The notes below the pieces were generated by a model. That model saw only the letters and a program-made list of their open reading frames with translations. It was not told the DNA's origin and ran no database searches. This document shows positions 37,214 through 47,061 of a stretch of DNA of 64,000 nt, one piece after another. Made by a program: the position numbers and the translations under genes. The DNA is from an uncultured Leptospiraceae bacterium (GTDB lineage: Bacteria > Spirochaetota > Leptospiria > Leptospirales > Leptonemataceae). Where the stretch lies: assembly GCA_964585735.1 (NCBI GenBank), contig CAZPFB010000012.1, positions 1,937 through 65,936 of the forward strand, written 5' to 3'. How positions within the stretch are numbered: the stretch's first letter is position 1; every line of letters begins with the position of its first letter.

Positions 37214-37892
37214 TTCGACCGGCCGCTGGTTGTCAGTGGGTGTGTTTGGAGAGCGAAGTCACCAGATCGTTCTCGATGCGCGCCGGGAAGCATCCACGCG
37301 TCTCGTGGCCGTCATCGACGAGACCCTGCATGCTGCCCTGGTCCGACGTCCGGATTGGATCGTGTGCCTGCGCGGCCCGGGCTCCTTTACGGGCATTCGA
37401 ATCGGCGTCTCCACGGCGCGGACCCTCGCGCAACTCTGGGACATTCCCGTGATCGGCATCGATTCCACGGCCGCCTACGCCTACTCCTGCCTGCTGGCGG
37501 AAGGACAGTTGTCCGAGGTTTGCGTGCAGATCGACGGCAAACAGAATCGCGTCTACGCTCGGCGGTTGGAACGCACGCGCGCGCTGAATCAAATCCAGGA
37601 AGAAGGCCCGCTCGATCTTCCGGCGCCGGAGGTTTTTGCGAGATATCCCCACGCCACGCATTTTGTGGATGACGTGGACGCCGTTGCTCGTTATCTAGGC
37701 GGCAGCGGGCTGAGTCCCGCGTACCGGCCCCTTCCGGAGTTGCGGCCCGAGTACTTCTTCACCCTCGCTTTGGAACTCGGTGGGGAAACACGAGCGGACT
37801 CGTACGAGTCCCTGACCCCCCTCTACCTGCGCCAGGATTCGGCGCACGCGAAGTTCCCGGAAGGGTTCACCGTCAGACAAACAGAAACATGA
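37188..37892 (+). CDS. tsaB: tRNA t6A biosynthesis protein TsaB
   Basis: LVIDSTG...[19 protein letters not shown] signature. Confidence 0.85.
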   Translation: MPRNCLVIDSTGRWLSVGVFGERSHQIVLDARREASTRLVAVIDETLHAALVRRPDWIVCLRGPGSFTGIRIGVSTARTLAQLWDIPVIGIDSTAAYAYSCLLAEGQLSEVCVQIDGKQNRVYARRLERTRALNQIQEEGPLDLPAPEVFARYPHATHFVDDVDAVARYLGGSGLSPAYRPLPELRPEYFFTLALELGGETRADSYESLTPLYLRQDSAHAKFPEGFTVRQTET

Positions 37893-40207
37893 AACAAAAC
37901 AAACACAAACAAAAAGCAAAAAAAGAAAGAAAATCCAACAACAAACTCAAATCGAAATTCGGAAACACCCGCCCCCGCAGGGGTGAGGTCGCCTCCGCCT
38001 CAACTCCCAAACGACCCACGGGCGATCGTTCGCCGCTGTCCGCGTTCCTCGCGCTTCTCGAAACGCGCGCCGGAGAGCGCCTCAAACGAAAGAAGCTGAT
38101 TGCGGATTTGCAGTCGCGAGTACACGCGGGTGGGCGTGGCCGTATCGGCCGCGAGGCCCCCGACCCCACCGTCGTGGTGGCGGAGCTCGAACTGCTCGGA
38201 CTCCTGCGTGAAGAGGGAGCCGACCTCATCGTGGCCGACCCGTTCGTTCTGAAAGGGCGCGTTTCCATCTCTCCGCGGGGTGCGGCGTTCGTGGCCATTC
38301 GTGGCGCGGACCCGCTGGTTCGGGACGTCTTCGTCGCTCCGGACGACGTGCGGGGCGCTCTTCCGGGGGACGCCGTGGAGCTGCGCCTGCGGGATCGCAG
38401 GCGCGATCGATTCAGCGGGACTGTCGTTCGCGTTCTGGAACGCGCGCGCAGTGAATACCGACTCCAGCTTCTGGCGGACCCCCGACGGGGTTTTGCGGAG
38501 GCGCGCATCTTGGACATGCCCGTGCCGCTTTCGGCCACGTTGTCCGTGGAGCGCCTGCCGGCTGACATGCGCAGCCGCCTGCGGGCGGACGCCGTTGTCA
38601 TTGCGCGGCTTTCCGGCCGGAGATTGAACCATCTCGGGGTCTATGGTCTGGAAGCGGACTTTCTCCGCTTCGAAGACGATACGGACCTGGACCGGGACTA
38701 CGCCCGTATCCTCATGAAGTACAATCTCGATCCGGTCTACCCTCCCGAGATCGAACTGCCCGATCCCGCCGAACCGCCCGCCGAGCGGGAAGGGGAAGCC
38801 TGGTCGCGCCGTAGGGACCTGCGCGAACTCGAGACCATCACCATCGACGGGGCCGACTCCAAGGACTTCGATGACGCGCTCAGCCTCGAACATCTGGACG
38901 GCGACAACTGGAAACTATATGTACACATAGCAGATGTGGCTTTGTACGTAGAGCCGGGAAGCCCCCTGGATCAGGAAGCCCTGCGACGGGCCACTTCGGT
39001 CTACCTCACCGATCGGGTCGTGCCGATGCTTCCGCCCGTACTCTCTGAAAACCTCTGCTCGCTGGTGGCGGGCGTGGACCGTCCCGCCTTCACGGCCGAG
39101 ATGATTGTCTCCGGAAAGAACGGCCGCATATCAAGCCCGCGTTTCTACCGCTCGATCATTCGCGTGGACCGACGCTGGACCTACGACCAGGCCGAAGAGG
39201 AAATTGATCGGCAGAAAGATGTGGCGCCCGGTTCGCGCTCGCTGATCGGCCGGCTCTGGCCCATCGCTCAGAGGCAGCGGGCCCGGCGCATGAACGAGGG
39301 CCGGGTCGACCTGGATCTACCGGAGCCGGTCCTGGAGACGGACGGCAACTCGAACCCTGTCGGCTACCGCATCCGCGCTCGGCTGCGCTCGTCGATGCTG
39401 ATCGAGGAGTGCATGCTTTCGGCAAACATCGTGGTCGCGGAATTCCTCCGGAAATCAAAGATGCCGGTTCTGCATCGCGTGCACGAGCCAATGGAAGAAG
39501 AGAAGCTGGAGCGCCTGAACTTCTTCTTCGAGATCTACAACATCGATTGCGAACTCAAGGACCCTTCGTACGCCGAAATCCAGAAGGCCCAGGCGGCTGT
39601 GGCGCGCCACCCCGAGCGTGAGCGGGTGGAGCGGATCTTCAACATGCTGCTCCTGCGTTCCTTCATGCAGGCCAAATACCAGGGCGACCCGGTGGGGCAC
39701 TGGGGGCTTGGTTTCGAAGACTACACGCACTTCACGTCCCCGATTCGACGCTACCCGGACCTTATCGTGCATCGCGTGCTGGCCCGCGCACTGGCCCGCA
39801 AGAGGCCGATCTACAGCGCAGCCGAGATCGAGGAACTCGGCCGCCACACCAGCGAACGGGAGCGGCACGCCATGGAGGCCGAGCGCGATATGTCGCGCTT
39901 GAAGCTGATTCGGCTGGTGGAGCGACAGGGGCGTACTTCGTTTCGCGGATTTCTCACCGGTTTTCGACCGGACCGTGTGTTCGTGCAGTTGGAGGATCCG
40001 CCGGTGGAGGGCATCATCACCAAAGACCACCTCACGAATGACTTCGAGCTCATCCTCCCGAACGATTTCTCGGTGTACGTGAAGCGTCTGAGCCGACCTG
40101 CTTTCCTTGGCGAAAGCTGGGGCCTCGAACTGGACCGCGCCGACGCGGAGGGGATGACGCTCTACTTCCGACCGGATTGGTCCCGCGTGGACAAACCGTT
40201 CGGCTGA
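37889..40207 (+). CDS. rnr: ribonuclease R
   Basis: RNB motifs [28 protein letters not shown] and [18 protein letters not shown], plus a C-terminal S1-like region. ATGA overlap with tsaB. The N-terminus is lysine-rich. Confidence 0.9.
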   Translation: MKQNKHKQKAKKERKSNNKLKSKFGNTRPRRGEVASASTPKRPTGDRSPLSAFLALLETRAGERLKRKKLIADLQSRVHAGGRGRIGREAPDPTVVVAELELLGLLREEGADLIVADPFVLKGRVSISPRGAAFVAIRGADPLVRDVFVAPDDVRGALPGDAVELRLRDRRRDRFSGTVVRVLERARSEYRLQLLADPRRGFAEARILDMPVPLSATLSVERLPADMRSRLRADAVVIARLSGRRLNHLGVYGLEADFLRFEDDTDLDRDYARILMKYNLDPVYPPEIELPDPAEPPAEREGEAWSRRRDLRELETITIDGADSKDFDDALSLEHLDGDNWKLYVHIADVALYVEPGSPLDQEALRRATSVYLTDRVVPMLPPVLSENLCSLVAGVDRPAFTAEMIVSGKNGRISSPRFYRSIIRVDRRWTYDQAEEEIDRQKDVAPGSRSLIGRLWPIAQRQRARRMNEGRVDLDLPEPVLETDGNSNPVGYRIRARLRSSMLIEECMLSANIVVAEFLRKSKMPVLHRVHEPMEEEKLERLNFFFEIYNIDCELKDPSYAEIQKAQAAVARHPERERVERIFNMLLLRSFMQAKYQGDPVGHWGLGFEDYTHFTSPIRRYPDLIVHRVLARALARKRPIYSAAEIEELGRHTSERERHAMEAERDMSRLKLIRLVERQGRTSFRGFLTGFRPDRVFVQLEDPPVEGIITKDHLTNDFELILPNDFSVYVKRLSRPAFLGESWGLELDRADAEGMTLYFRPDWSRVDKPFG

Positions 40208-41352
40208 CGAGCGTACCGAAGCCACCAGGCGGGATTCTGTGCGCGCTGTCTCAGATACGCGTCCACCAGGACGAGGTTGACGACGGCTTCGACGATCGGC
40301 ACGGCGCGCGGAAGAACGCAGGGGTCGTGGCGACCGCCGGCTTTCAGGACGACCGCTTCGCCGGAGTCGTTCACGGTGTCCTGGTCCTGGTGGATCGTGG
40401 CCGTCGGCTTGAAAGCCAGCCGAAGCGTGATCGGCATCCCGTTGGAGATGCCACCCTGGATTCCGCCGGATCGATTGGAGCCGGTGAGAGGCTGGGGCAC
40501 ATCCCGCGCATCGCGGCCGAGACCCTGCGGACGTCCTTTCCGATCCGGGACGAAGGAGTCGTTGTGGTTGCTGCCGCGCTGCCTCGTTCCCTCGAAGCCG
40601 CTGCCTGATTCGAAGCCCTTGCACGCCGGGATGGAGAGGCACGCCTTGGCGAGTTCAGCTTCCAGCTTGTCGAAGACGGGATCTCCGAGACCCGGAGGAA
40701 CGTTGTGTACCGTCACGCCGATCGTGCCGCCGACCGAGTCCCCCGCCTTGCGCACCGCTTCGATTTCGGCCACCATTGCCTCAGACGCCTGCGGATCGGG
40801 ACAGCGCACGAGCGAAGCATCGACCATTTCTCGGTTGGACGGGGGAGAGATGTGCGCTTTCGAGGTCACCTGGCCAATGGTGTCCACGTACGCAACGGTC
40901 AGGACTCCCAGATCCTCGTAGAGGATTTGGGCGGCAACGGCGCCTGCAGCGACGCGACCGATGGTCTCGCGCACGGAAGCGCGTCCGCCTCCGAGTGGCG
41001 TGCGCAGGCCGTATTTGGCGTCGTAGGTGAAGTCCGCGTGTGAAGGCCGGTACGTGTCGGCCCAGCGAAGATAGTCACCGGGCTTGTTGTCCGTGTTGCG
41101 GACCAGGAGGGCAATGGCCGTCCCGAGTGTGCGCCCCTCGTAGAGTCCGGAGAGGACTTCGACTTCGTCGGCTTCTTTGCGTTGCGTGGTGAGGCGGCTC
41201 TGCCCGGGGCGCCTGCGGGCGAGCTCCTTCTGCACGCTGTCCAGGTCCAACATGAGGCCGGGCGGACAGCCGTCGATCACCACGCCGACGCCCGGCCCGT
41301 GTGACTCACCGAACGTACTGATGCGGAAGAGGGTTCCCCAAATGGAGGACAC
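40162..41352 (-). CDS. aroC: chorismate synthase
   Basis: [44 protein letters not shown] and GRHDPCV. Confidence 0.95.
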   Translation of the reverse strand: MSSIWGTLFRISTFGESHGPGVGVVIDGCPPGLMLDLDSVQKELARRRPGQSRLTTQRKEADEVEVLSGLYEGRTLGTAIALLVRNTDNKPGDYLRWADTYRPSHADFTYDAKYGLRTPLGGGRASVRETIGRVAAGAVAAQILYEDLGVLTVAYVDTIGQVTSKAHISPPSNREMVDASLVRCPDPQASEAMVAEIEAVRKAGDSVGGTIGVTVHNVPPGLGDPVFDKLEAELAKACLSIPACKGFESGSGFEGTRQRGSNHNDSFVPDRKGRPQGLGRDARDVPQPLTGSNRSGGIQGGISNGMPITLRLAFKPTATIHQDQDTVNDSGEAVVLKAGGRHDPCVLPRAVPIVEAVVNLVLVDAYLRQRAQNPAWWLRYARQPNGLSTRDQSGRK

Positions 41353-41391
41353 AGCTACACACGCCCTTTGATTGGCACTCGCGTCAAGCCA

Positions 41392-42012
41392 TCAGCGGGG
41401 TTCGGGGACCTTTTCGGCCTCGGAATCCATCATGAGAGTCGTGACCACGGCCGCCCGCTCCCGGGGAAGCTTGGTGATGAGGAACGGTACGATGGACTGG
41501 CGACCTTCGCGACGCGCAGCCTGCTCCATCTGCCGGAAGACGTCGACCAGATCCGGGTTGCTCCATCCCGCCACGATCGCTACGGCGTCGTTGGGCGGCA
41601 TGTTGCCCAGACGCTCGGCCATTTTCGAGACGAGCTCCTTGCGTTCTATCTCTGCCTTGCGAGCCTCCGCCAGGCGCTTGCGCTCTTCCTCGACACCTTT
41701 GCGCAGCTCTTTGAGTTCATCCTCGCTCTTCTTCACGCCTGCGAGTTTTTCCTGCAGCGCAAGTTCCTTCTCTTTCAGTTTCGTCTCCAAATCGTCAAGT
41801 CGCTCCTTCTCTTTCTTGAGGCGCTCGATCTCGAGCAGTGTGGGGCTGTCCTTGTCCTTCGAGACGACCGGCGGTTCCTGTTTGAGGAAGGGGAACCGTT
41901 CTTCCAGGCGGATGACCCCCCAGGTGTCGAGCAGGTAAGTCAGGACACCCAACGAGAAGAGGATGACCAGCAGAAGGTATACGATCTTTACTTTATCCGA
42001 AAAGCGTCCCAT
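41392..42012 (-). CDS. FlbB/YlxF/MotE-type flagellar protein (N-terminal anchor, coiled coil, MgtE_N-like C-domain)
   Basis: TM anchor IVYLLLVILFSLGVLTYLL, a long KE-rich coiled coil, and a C-terminal MPPNDAVAIVAGW...ITKLPRERAAVVTTLM. Its position after fliJ matches the Bacillus and spirochaete operon order. Confidence 0.65.
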   Translation of the reverse strand: MGRFSDKVKIVYLLLVILFSLGVLTYLLDTWGVIRLEERFPFLKQEPPVVSKDKDSPTLLEIERLKKEKERLDDLETKLKEKELALQEKLAGVKKSEDELKELRKGVEEERKRLAEARKAEIERKELVSKMAERLGNMPPNDAVAIVAGWSNPDLVDVFRQMEQAARREGRQSIVPFLITKLPRERAAVVTTLMMDSEAEKVPEPR

Positions 42013-42104
42013 AGACGTCAGCCGGCCCCCCGGCTTCTCCTTTGTTATGTCGCCTCATTGAAGCGGAAATGAAGTCTTTTTCCCGGTGTTCTCCCCGCCT
42101 TCTG

Positions 42105-42368
42105 TCAGGAGCGCAGGTCCAAAAGGGAGCCGCGCTCCAACCATTTGGTCTTGATTTGCTCGAGGCGCTCGATCTTGCGATTGAGGTCCTGGATGCTCAC
42201 ACCCAGACGGCCGAGCTCCCTCCTGGCAACGAAGATGGCTTCGACATCCGTTGCTTCCACGCTGGGAGTTCGGAACCGTTCGAAGAATCGACCGATCCAG
42301 CCGGACCGGTCCGCCACCTGTTCGTTCACGACCACCTTCTGAATGAAGGCGGGCGTCACGCTGCTCAC
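42105..42368 (-). CDS. small hypothetical protein in flagellar operon
   Basis: Only the 3' third of listed ORF 42105..42902 lies outside fliJ, and that part has protein-like composition (WIGRFFERF...LNRKIERLEQIKTKWLERG). GTG 42368 is a tentative start with no clear SD. Confidence 0.3.
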   Translation of the reverse strand: MSSVTPAFIQKVVVNEQVADRSGWIGRFFERFRTPSVEATDVEAIFVARRELGRLGVSIQDLNRKIERLEQIKTKWLERGSLLDLRS

Positions 42369-42405
42369 GGCCGCCGGGGCAACCGCGGGCGATGGGGCTC
42401 CGCTC

Positions 42406-42993
42406 TCATTGTTTGCGCGGATCGGGGAGGCCGAGGTTTCGGTAGTACTGCCCGATGAGGTCGTCTTCGACCTGCTCTCGTTCCCGATCGTGGATATCGG
42501 TTCCCTCGTCTCCTTCGTCCGGTGGTGCCACAGTTGTCTCGGGTCCAGGTTCTGTGCGGAAAGTCTCATAAAGCGTTTGCGTGAGCGGTTGCTCCGACCG
42601 CAGCAGGTTGTACTGCTCCAGTTCCTTTCGTTCTGCTCGACGCATGTCCTCCGTGTACCTTTCCTTCTGGCGGGCCTTGAGTTGCTCGACGACCTTCTTT
42701 CGTCGGGACGCCTCCAGCACCTTTCCGCGCGCGGCTTCCAGTTCCGGGCGGATCTCTTCGAGTTTCTCCGAAGCGTTTCGATCTTCCATCTGCAATCGTT
42801 CCAGATAGCGATCGTACATTTTGAAAAAGTCGATGCTGAAGTCGTCTCTGTGTTTTTTTTCGAAGTACTCCATTTCGTCGGCCAGCAGCCGCGCCGACTC
42901 ATCTCGAACGGCCTGCTGGGCGTTGACGCGCACGAGCACCTTCGAGAGCTGCTCGAGTGCTCGGTCTTCTTCCATCTTGCGGACGCGCAGCAA
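42406..42993 (-). CDS. fliJ: flagellar export chaperone FliJ
   Basis: Lies directly after fliI. Coiled-coil protein whose N-terminus matches the typical FliJ opening (...LEALLRVRKMEEDRALEQL). It has an acidic C-terminal extension. The start is uncertain (see finding). Confidence 0.65.
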   Translation of the reverse strand: MLRVRKMEEDRALEQLSKVLVRVNAQQAVRDESARLLADEMEYFEKKHRDDFSIDFFKMYDRYLERLQMEDRNASEKLEEIRPELEAARGKVLEASRRKKVVEQLKARQKERYTEDMRRAERKELEQYNLLRSEQPLTQTLYETFRTEPGPETTVAPPDEGDEGTDIHDREREQVEDDLIGQYYRNLGLPDPRKQ

Positions 42994-43018
42994 CGCCTCC
43001 AGTGCGAATCGAAAACGC

Positions 43019-44377
43019 TTAATAGTATTCCTCCTCCTCTGCTGAGACGAGTTGGTGGAGTTGCTGGACGGTCATCGGGAAGGCCGAGCGCTCTTCGATA
43101 CCCTGCCTTAGAAAAGCGTTGATGCGGGGCAGCTTTTCGAGCGCTTCGTCCACGTCGGCATTCGCGCCGCGCGCGTAGGCGCCCAGATTGATGAGTTCTT
43201 CGTTTTCACGGTAGGCGGCAAGCACGCTTCGCAGGCGATTGGCATCCTTGAGGTGACCGCTCTCCACGACCCGGTCCATGACGCGCGAGACTGAATTGTT
43301 CACATCGATGGCCGGATAGTGATTCGCCTGTGCCAGGCGACGCGTAAGCATGATGTGACCATCGAGCGTTCCCCGGGCGTTGTCCGCCACGGGGTCGTTG
43401 ATATCGTCGGCCTCCATCAGGACGGTGAAGAATCCGGTGATGCTCCCTCCTGGTACGGCGCCGCACCGTTCCACAAGGCGCGAAAGCCGATACCATACAC
43501 CGGGTGGGTATCCGCCGGGTCCCAATTGGTCCCCCGACGCAATGCCCACTTCGCGCAGGGCCATACAATAGCGTGTGAGCGAATCCATCATCAGGTTCAC
43601 GTGGAAACCGCGGTCTCGGAAGTATTCTGCGGCCCCGACCGCGAGGCCCGCGCAGTTGACTTTTTCCATGGCCGGGCGGTCGCTCGTGGCTGCAAAGACG
43701 ACGGAACGCTCCAATCCGGACTTGCCCAGGTCATGCGCAAGGAACTCCCCCACCTCTCGCCCGCGCTCGCCCACGAGGCAGATGACGTTGACATCGGCCT
43801 TGGTATAACGAGCGATCATACCCAGCATCGTCGACTTGCCAACACCAGTGCCCGCAAAAATGCCGAGGCGCTGGCCCTGACCGACCGTGAGCATCCCGTC
43901 AATCGCCCGCACTCCGGTTTCTACGAGGTGGGTAATGGCCTCGCGGCGGGTAGGGGAGGGCGGGTCGTTGTCCACCGTGATGCGGTGCGGCCCGTGAAGC
44001 GGTGGCCTGCCGTCCAGCGGCCGCCCGTTCCCATCCACGACCCGGCCGAGCATGTCTTCGGTAACCGGCATCGTCATGGGCCGGTCCAGGGCGAGCACGT
44101 TGGCATTGGGTGACACGCCGGTCAGCGCCCCGAGGGGCATGAGTACCAGGCGGTGTGCCTGAAAGCCGACGATTTCACACAGGATGTGCTCGCCGTGCTC
44201 CTTGAGTTCGACCCTGCAGAGGTCTCCGATTTTCACCTCGGGGGGCCCGTCGCTGATGATCGACATGCCGGTCACCTGAACGACCTTACCCATGGGCCGC
44301 AACGGGTCCTGTTCTTCCAGGGCCTGGAAGTACTTGCGGAGCACATCGTGTTCTTCGTGCAGCTTCCGTTCGATCAT
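43019..44377 (-). CDS. fliI: flagellum-specific ATPase FliI
   Basis: Walker A GTGVGKSTMLGMI, the F1-beta-like core, and a LAQANHYPAIDV C-terminal motif. Start placed at ATG 44377 (MIERK). Confidence 0.95.
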   Translation of the reverse strand: MIERKLHEEHDVLRKYFQALEEQDPLRPMGKVVQVTGMSIISDGPPEVKIGDLCRVELKEHGEHILCEIVGFQAHRLVLMPLGALTGVSPNANVLALDRPMTMPVTEDMLGRVVDGNGRPLDGRPPLHGPHRITVDNDPPSPTRREAITHLVETGVRAIDGMLTVGQGQRLGIFAGTGVGKSTMLGMIARYTKADVNVICLVGERGREVGEFLAHDLGKSGLERSVVFAATSDRPAMEKVNCAGLAVGAAEYFRDRGFHVNLMMDSLTRYCMALREVGIASGDQLGPGGYPPGVWYRLSRLVERCGAVPGGSITGFFTVLMEADDINDPVADNARGTLDGHIMLTRRLAQANHYPAIDVNNSVSRVMDRVVESGHLKDANRLRSVLAAYRENEELINLGAYARGANADVDEALEKLPRINAFLRQGIEERSAFPMTVQQLHQLVSAEEEEYY

Positions 44378-44473
44378 GGGACGCGCCCGTCGGCCAAGAC
44401 TCCTGTACCTCTGCCGCTCCGGGGTACAAGAAAAAAATTGACCGCCCGAAGAAAAGCTCACCCAATACTTGCA

Positions 44474-45337
44474 ATGACGATTGGTGAATTGCTCGGCCTG
44501 CTGGTGCGGGGCCAACTCCTGCCCGCAGAAGAGGCCGGGCGGCTCTCGGGCCTTCCGGCCACGGAGGTCTACGCGGCCCTTCAGGCCCGGGGCCGGTCCT
44601 TCCACCGGGAGCTGGAGCGCTTCCTCGCTGATCGGATTCCCTCACGCCCCCAGCAAACCACAGAGTGGACCTACGAGATTGCGCTCGGGCGCGTGGCCGG
44701 GTCGCGGGGGGCGGACGCCTTTCTCTTCGAGCCCATCGACAAAGACATCACCGCTTTCTTCCTTTGGGAAACGAGGGGCACCGAACTGGACGCGGTCCTC
44801 GGGTCGCTTGTGATCCTGGGCGCCGTGAAGCTCCTGCACGAACCGATCCCCCCTGGCCCGTCCGGCGTTGCGAGGCAGGTGAATCGCGTGTTGGCCGAGC
44901 TCGAACCGGGGGGCGCGTACACCTCGCTTTGCGTGGCGCTCCTCGATGTGCACCGGGGCGTGGTCGAATACTGCTGCGCCGGTACACCTGCGCCGCTCCT
45001 GTACCGCGCGACCGAGCGCGATGTCAGCGAATGCACGGAGGGTTGGGGGATCCCGGCCGGAATTGAACGGGACAGTCAGTTCTCGACCGGCTACCTGCTC
45101 CTGCGTCGGGGGGACATACTCCTTCTATCCACGGACGGAATGTGGAAAGCGCAGGGCGCGCGGGGGAGTGTGATAACTTCCGCTCAGTGGAAACGCAGGC
45201 TGCGTCAGTTCGCGGACAGGCAGGCCGACGGAATCCGCAAAGGCCTCCAGAGAGAATTGCGCCTGCACCTCATGCATCGGCGGGCCAGGGATGGCGCCAC
45301 GGTCGCTGTCATCAAACGTCGGGGGCACGTCCGTTGA
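44474..45337 (+). CDS. PP2C/SpoIIE-family serine phosphatase
   Basis: C-terminal domain with GADAFLFEPI, LLLSTDGMW and DGATVAVIKR acidic metal-ligand blocks. Start placed at ATG 44474. Confidence 0.7.
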   Translation: MTIGELLGLLVRGQLLPAEEAGRLSGLPATEVYAALQARGRSFHRELERFLADRIPSRPQQTTEWTYEIALGRVAGSRGADAFLFEPIDKDITAFFLWETRGTELDAVLGSLVILGAVKLLHEPIPPGPSGVARQVNRVLAELEPGGAYTSLCVALLDVHRGVVEYCCAGTPAPLLYRATERDVSECTEGWGIPAGIERDSQFSTGYLLLRRGDILLLSTDGMWKAQGARGSVITSAQWKRRLRQFADRQADGIRKGLQRELRLHLMHRRARDGATVAVIKRRGHVR

Positions 45338-47061
45338 CCGAAGAAATCACACTGCACGGCCACAGCGCTTCGAGCGGGATTGGACTCGGGGAGGCCGTGC
45401 TGCTGCCGCCCCTTTCGGGGTTTGTGCCTCACCACTCGGTTTCCGCGCCCGACCGGGCCGAAGAGCGGAGGCGATTGGAAAGGGCCCTCAAGAAAAGTAT
45501 CGAGCAGCTCTCGAGCATCATGGAGCGCGAGGAGCTGGCCGACGAGTACCGTCAGATCTTCGAAGCGCAACTGCTCTTTTATCAGGATCCCCTCATCCTG
45601 GAGGAGGTCCGCACGCGGATCGACTCGGGCGCCAACGCGGAGGCGGCCCTCGTGGACACGTTCGATTCCTTCAAAAAGAAAATGGCTGTGATTGACAATC
45701 AGATCATCCGCGAGCGGGCTTCGGACCTGGACGACGTCGAGAATCGTATCCTTTCGAACCTCATGGAAGTGCCGGAAGGAGACATCCGCATCCCACTGCT
45801 CCGTGGACTTTCGGAAAAATCCATCCTCATCGCCGACGACATCAGCCCGTCGCTCATGCTGCACGTACGCCACGTCGCGGGCATAGCCATCGAGCGCGGT
45901 GGTGTTACCGGGCACATGGCCATTCTTGCTCGGAGTCGGGGCATTCCCGCTGTCGTTGGCGTCGAGGGACTATTGGCTTCGGCCCAAGACGGTCAGTCGG
46001 TGCTGGTGGACGCGGAGAGCGGTCGGATTGTCGTTTGTCCCGGTCGGGATCAGCGACGTCTGCACGAGACCTTTGCGGAGCAGCTTGTACGCAGCGTCCA
46101 GCAGGGTGTCGTGGGGCTGCATACGCTTGCCGACGGGACGACGGCCGAGCTGTGGGTCAACCTGAACGAACCGGACGATTTTGCGGACGCCCGCGTCCAC
46201 GCCGCGGCGGGAATCGGTTTGTTCCGCACGGAGTTCATCTACCTGAACCAACCGGGCCTCTTCTTCATGCCCGAAGAGCAGCAGGCGGTTTACGAAGACA
46301 TCCTCCGCCGTGCCCGCGGGCGAACCGTGACGCTGCGCGTCCTGGACATCGGGGACGACAAGCTGGTCGGCTCTTCGTTCTACAACGTGGTCAATCTCCA
46401 CCGCGAATCGTTGCGCAACCTGCGCGGAATCCAGTTCCTTCTGGCCAACCCCAGGCTACTGCGCTCCCAGCTTCGCGCTATCCTTGGTGCCGTGAAAGCC
46501 GTGGGCGGCGGTCCCTGTCGTCTGTTGCTCCCGATGATCACGGGCGTGGAGCAGGTGGAGGACTTCCGCGCGCACCTCGTGGCTGCCGCAAACGAATCGG
46601 ACTGCACCGCCTCGGGCCTTCCCTTGGGCGTGATGCTCGAAACGCCGGCCGCGTGCCTCATGGCCGATACCCTGGCCGCGCACTGCGACTTCTTCAGCGT
46701 GGGCACCAACGATCTGGCTGCGAGCCTCTATGCAGTCGATCGGGTCGAGTCGCTCGGCCGGGAGAACTCGCTCTACCAGCCGGCCCTCTACCGAATGATT
46801 GCCGCAGTGCGTCGCGCGTCCGCGCGTCCGCTCGCGGTCTGCGGTGAAGTGGCCGCGGTGCCCGGCCTTCTGGTCGTGCTCGTCGGGCTGGGGCTGCGTC
46901 AGTTCAGCATCGCCCGAACGGCGCTGCCGGGCGCTTCGGCGGTGCTGGCCAATGTGAATCCAAACACCGCGGAGGAGTTGGCGCAAAGGGCGCTCGCGGC
47001 TTCCGGAGAAGCGGCACTGCGGCGAATTGCGAGGGAGGCGGAGCGTGCGACTGTTCCGTGA
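45334..47061 (+). CDS. ptsI: phosphoenolpyruvate-protein phosphotransferase (PTS enzyme I)
   Basis: SSGIGLGEA, active-site GGVTGHMAILARSRGIPAVVG, GLFRTEFIY and SVGTNDL. TTG 45334 overlaps the phosphatase stop (TTGA). Confidence 0.9.
   Translation: MTEEITLHGHSASSGIGLGEAVLLPPLSGFVPHHSVSAPDRAEERRRLERALKKSIEQLSSIMEREELADEYRQIFEAQLLFYQDPLILEEVRTRIDSGANAEAALVDTFDSFKKKMAVIDNQIIRERASDLDDVENRILSNLMEVPEGDIRIPLLRGLSEKSILIADDISPSLMLHVRHVAGIAIERGGVTGHMAILARSRGIPAVVGVEGLLASAQDGQSVLVDAESGRIVVCPGRDQRRLHETFAEQLVRSVQQGVVGLHTLADGTTAELWVNLNEPDDFADARVHAAAGIGLFRTEFIYLNQPGLFFMPEEQQAVYEDILRRARGRTVTLRVLDIGDDKLVGSSFYNVVNLHRESLRNLRGIQFLLANPRLLRSQLRAILGAVKAVGGGPCRLLLPMITGVEQVEDFRAHLVAAANESDCTASGLPLGVMLETPAACLMADTLAAHCDFFSVGTNDLAASLYAVDRVESLGRENSLYQPALYRMIAAVRRASARPLAVCGEVAAVPGLLVVLVGLGLRQFSIARTALPGASAVLANVNPNTAEELAQRALAASGEAALRRIAREAERATVP

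Noticed and set aside
42105-42902. 265-aa ORF overlapping fliJ in another frame
   Set aside because: Most of it overlaps the better-supported fliJ frame. Only the 3' portion downstream of fliJ (42105..42368) was kept, as a low-confidence small gene.
44438-44469. TTGACC ... AATACT promoter-like pair upstream of the PP2C phosphatase gene
   Set aside because: The spacer is 20 nt and the -10-like element ends only 4 nt before the ATG, so the geometry does not fit a standard sigma70 promoter. It remains unresolved without TSS data.
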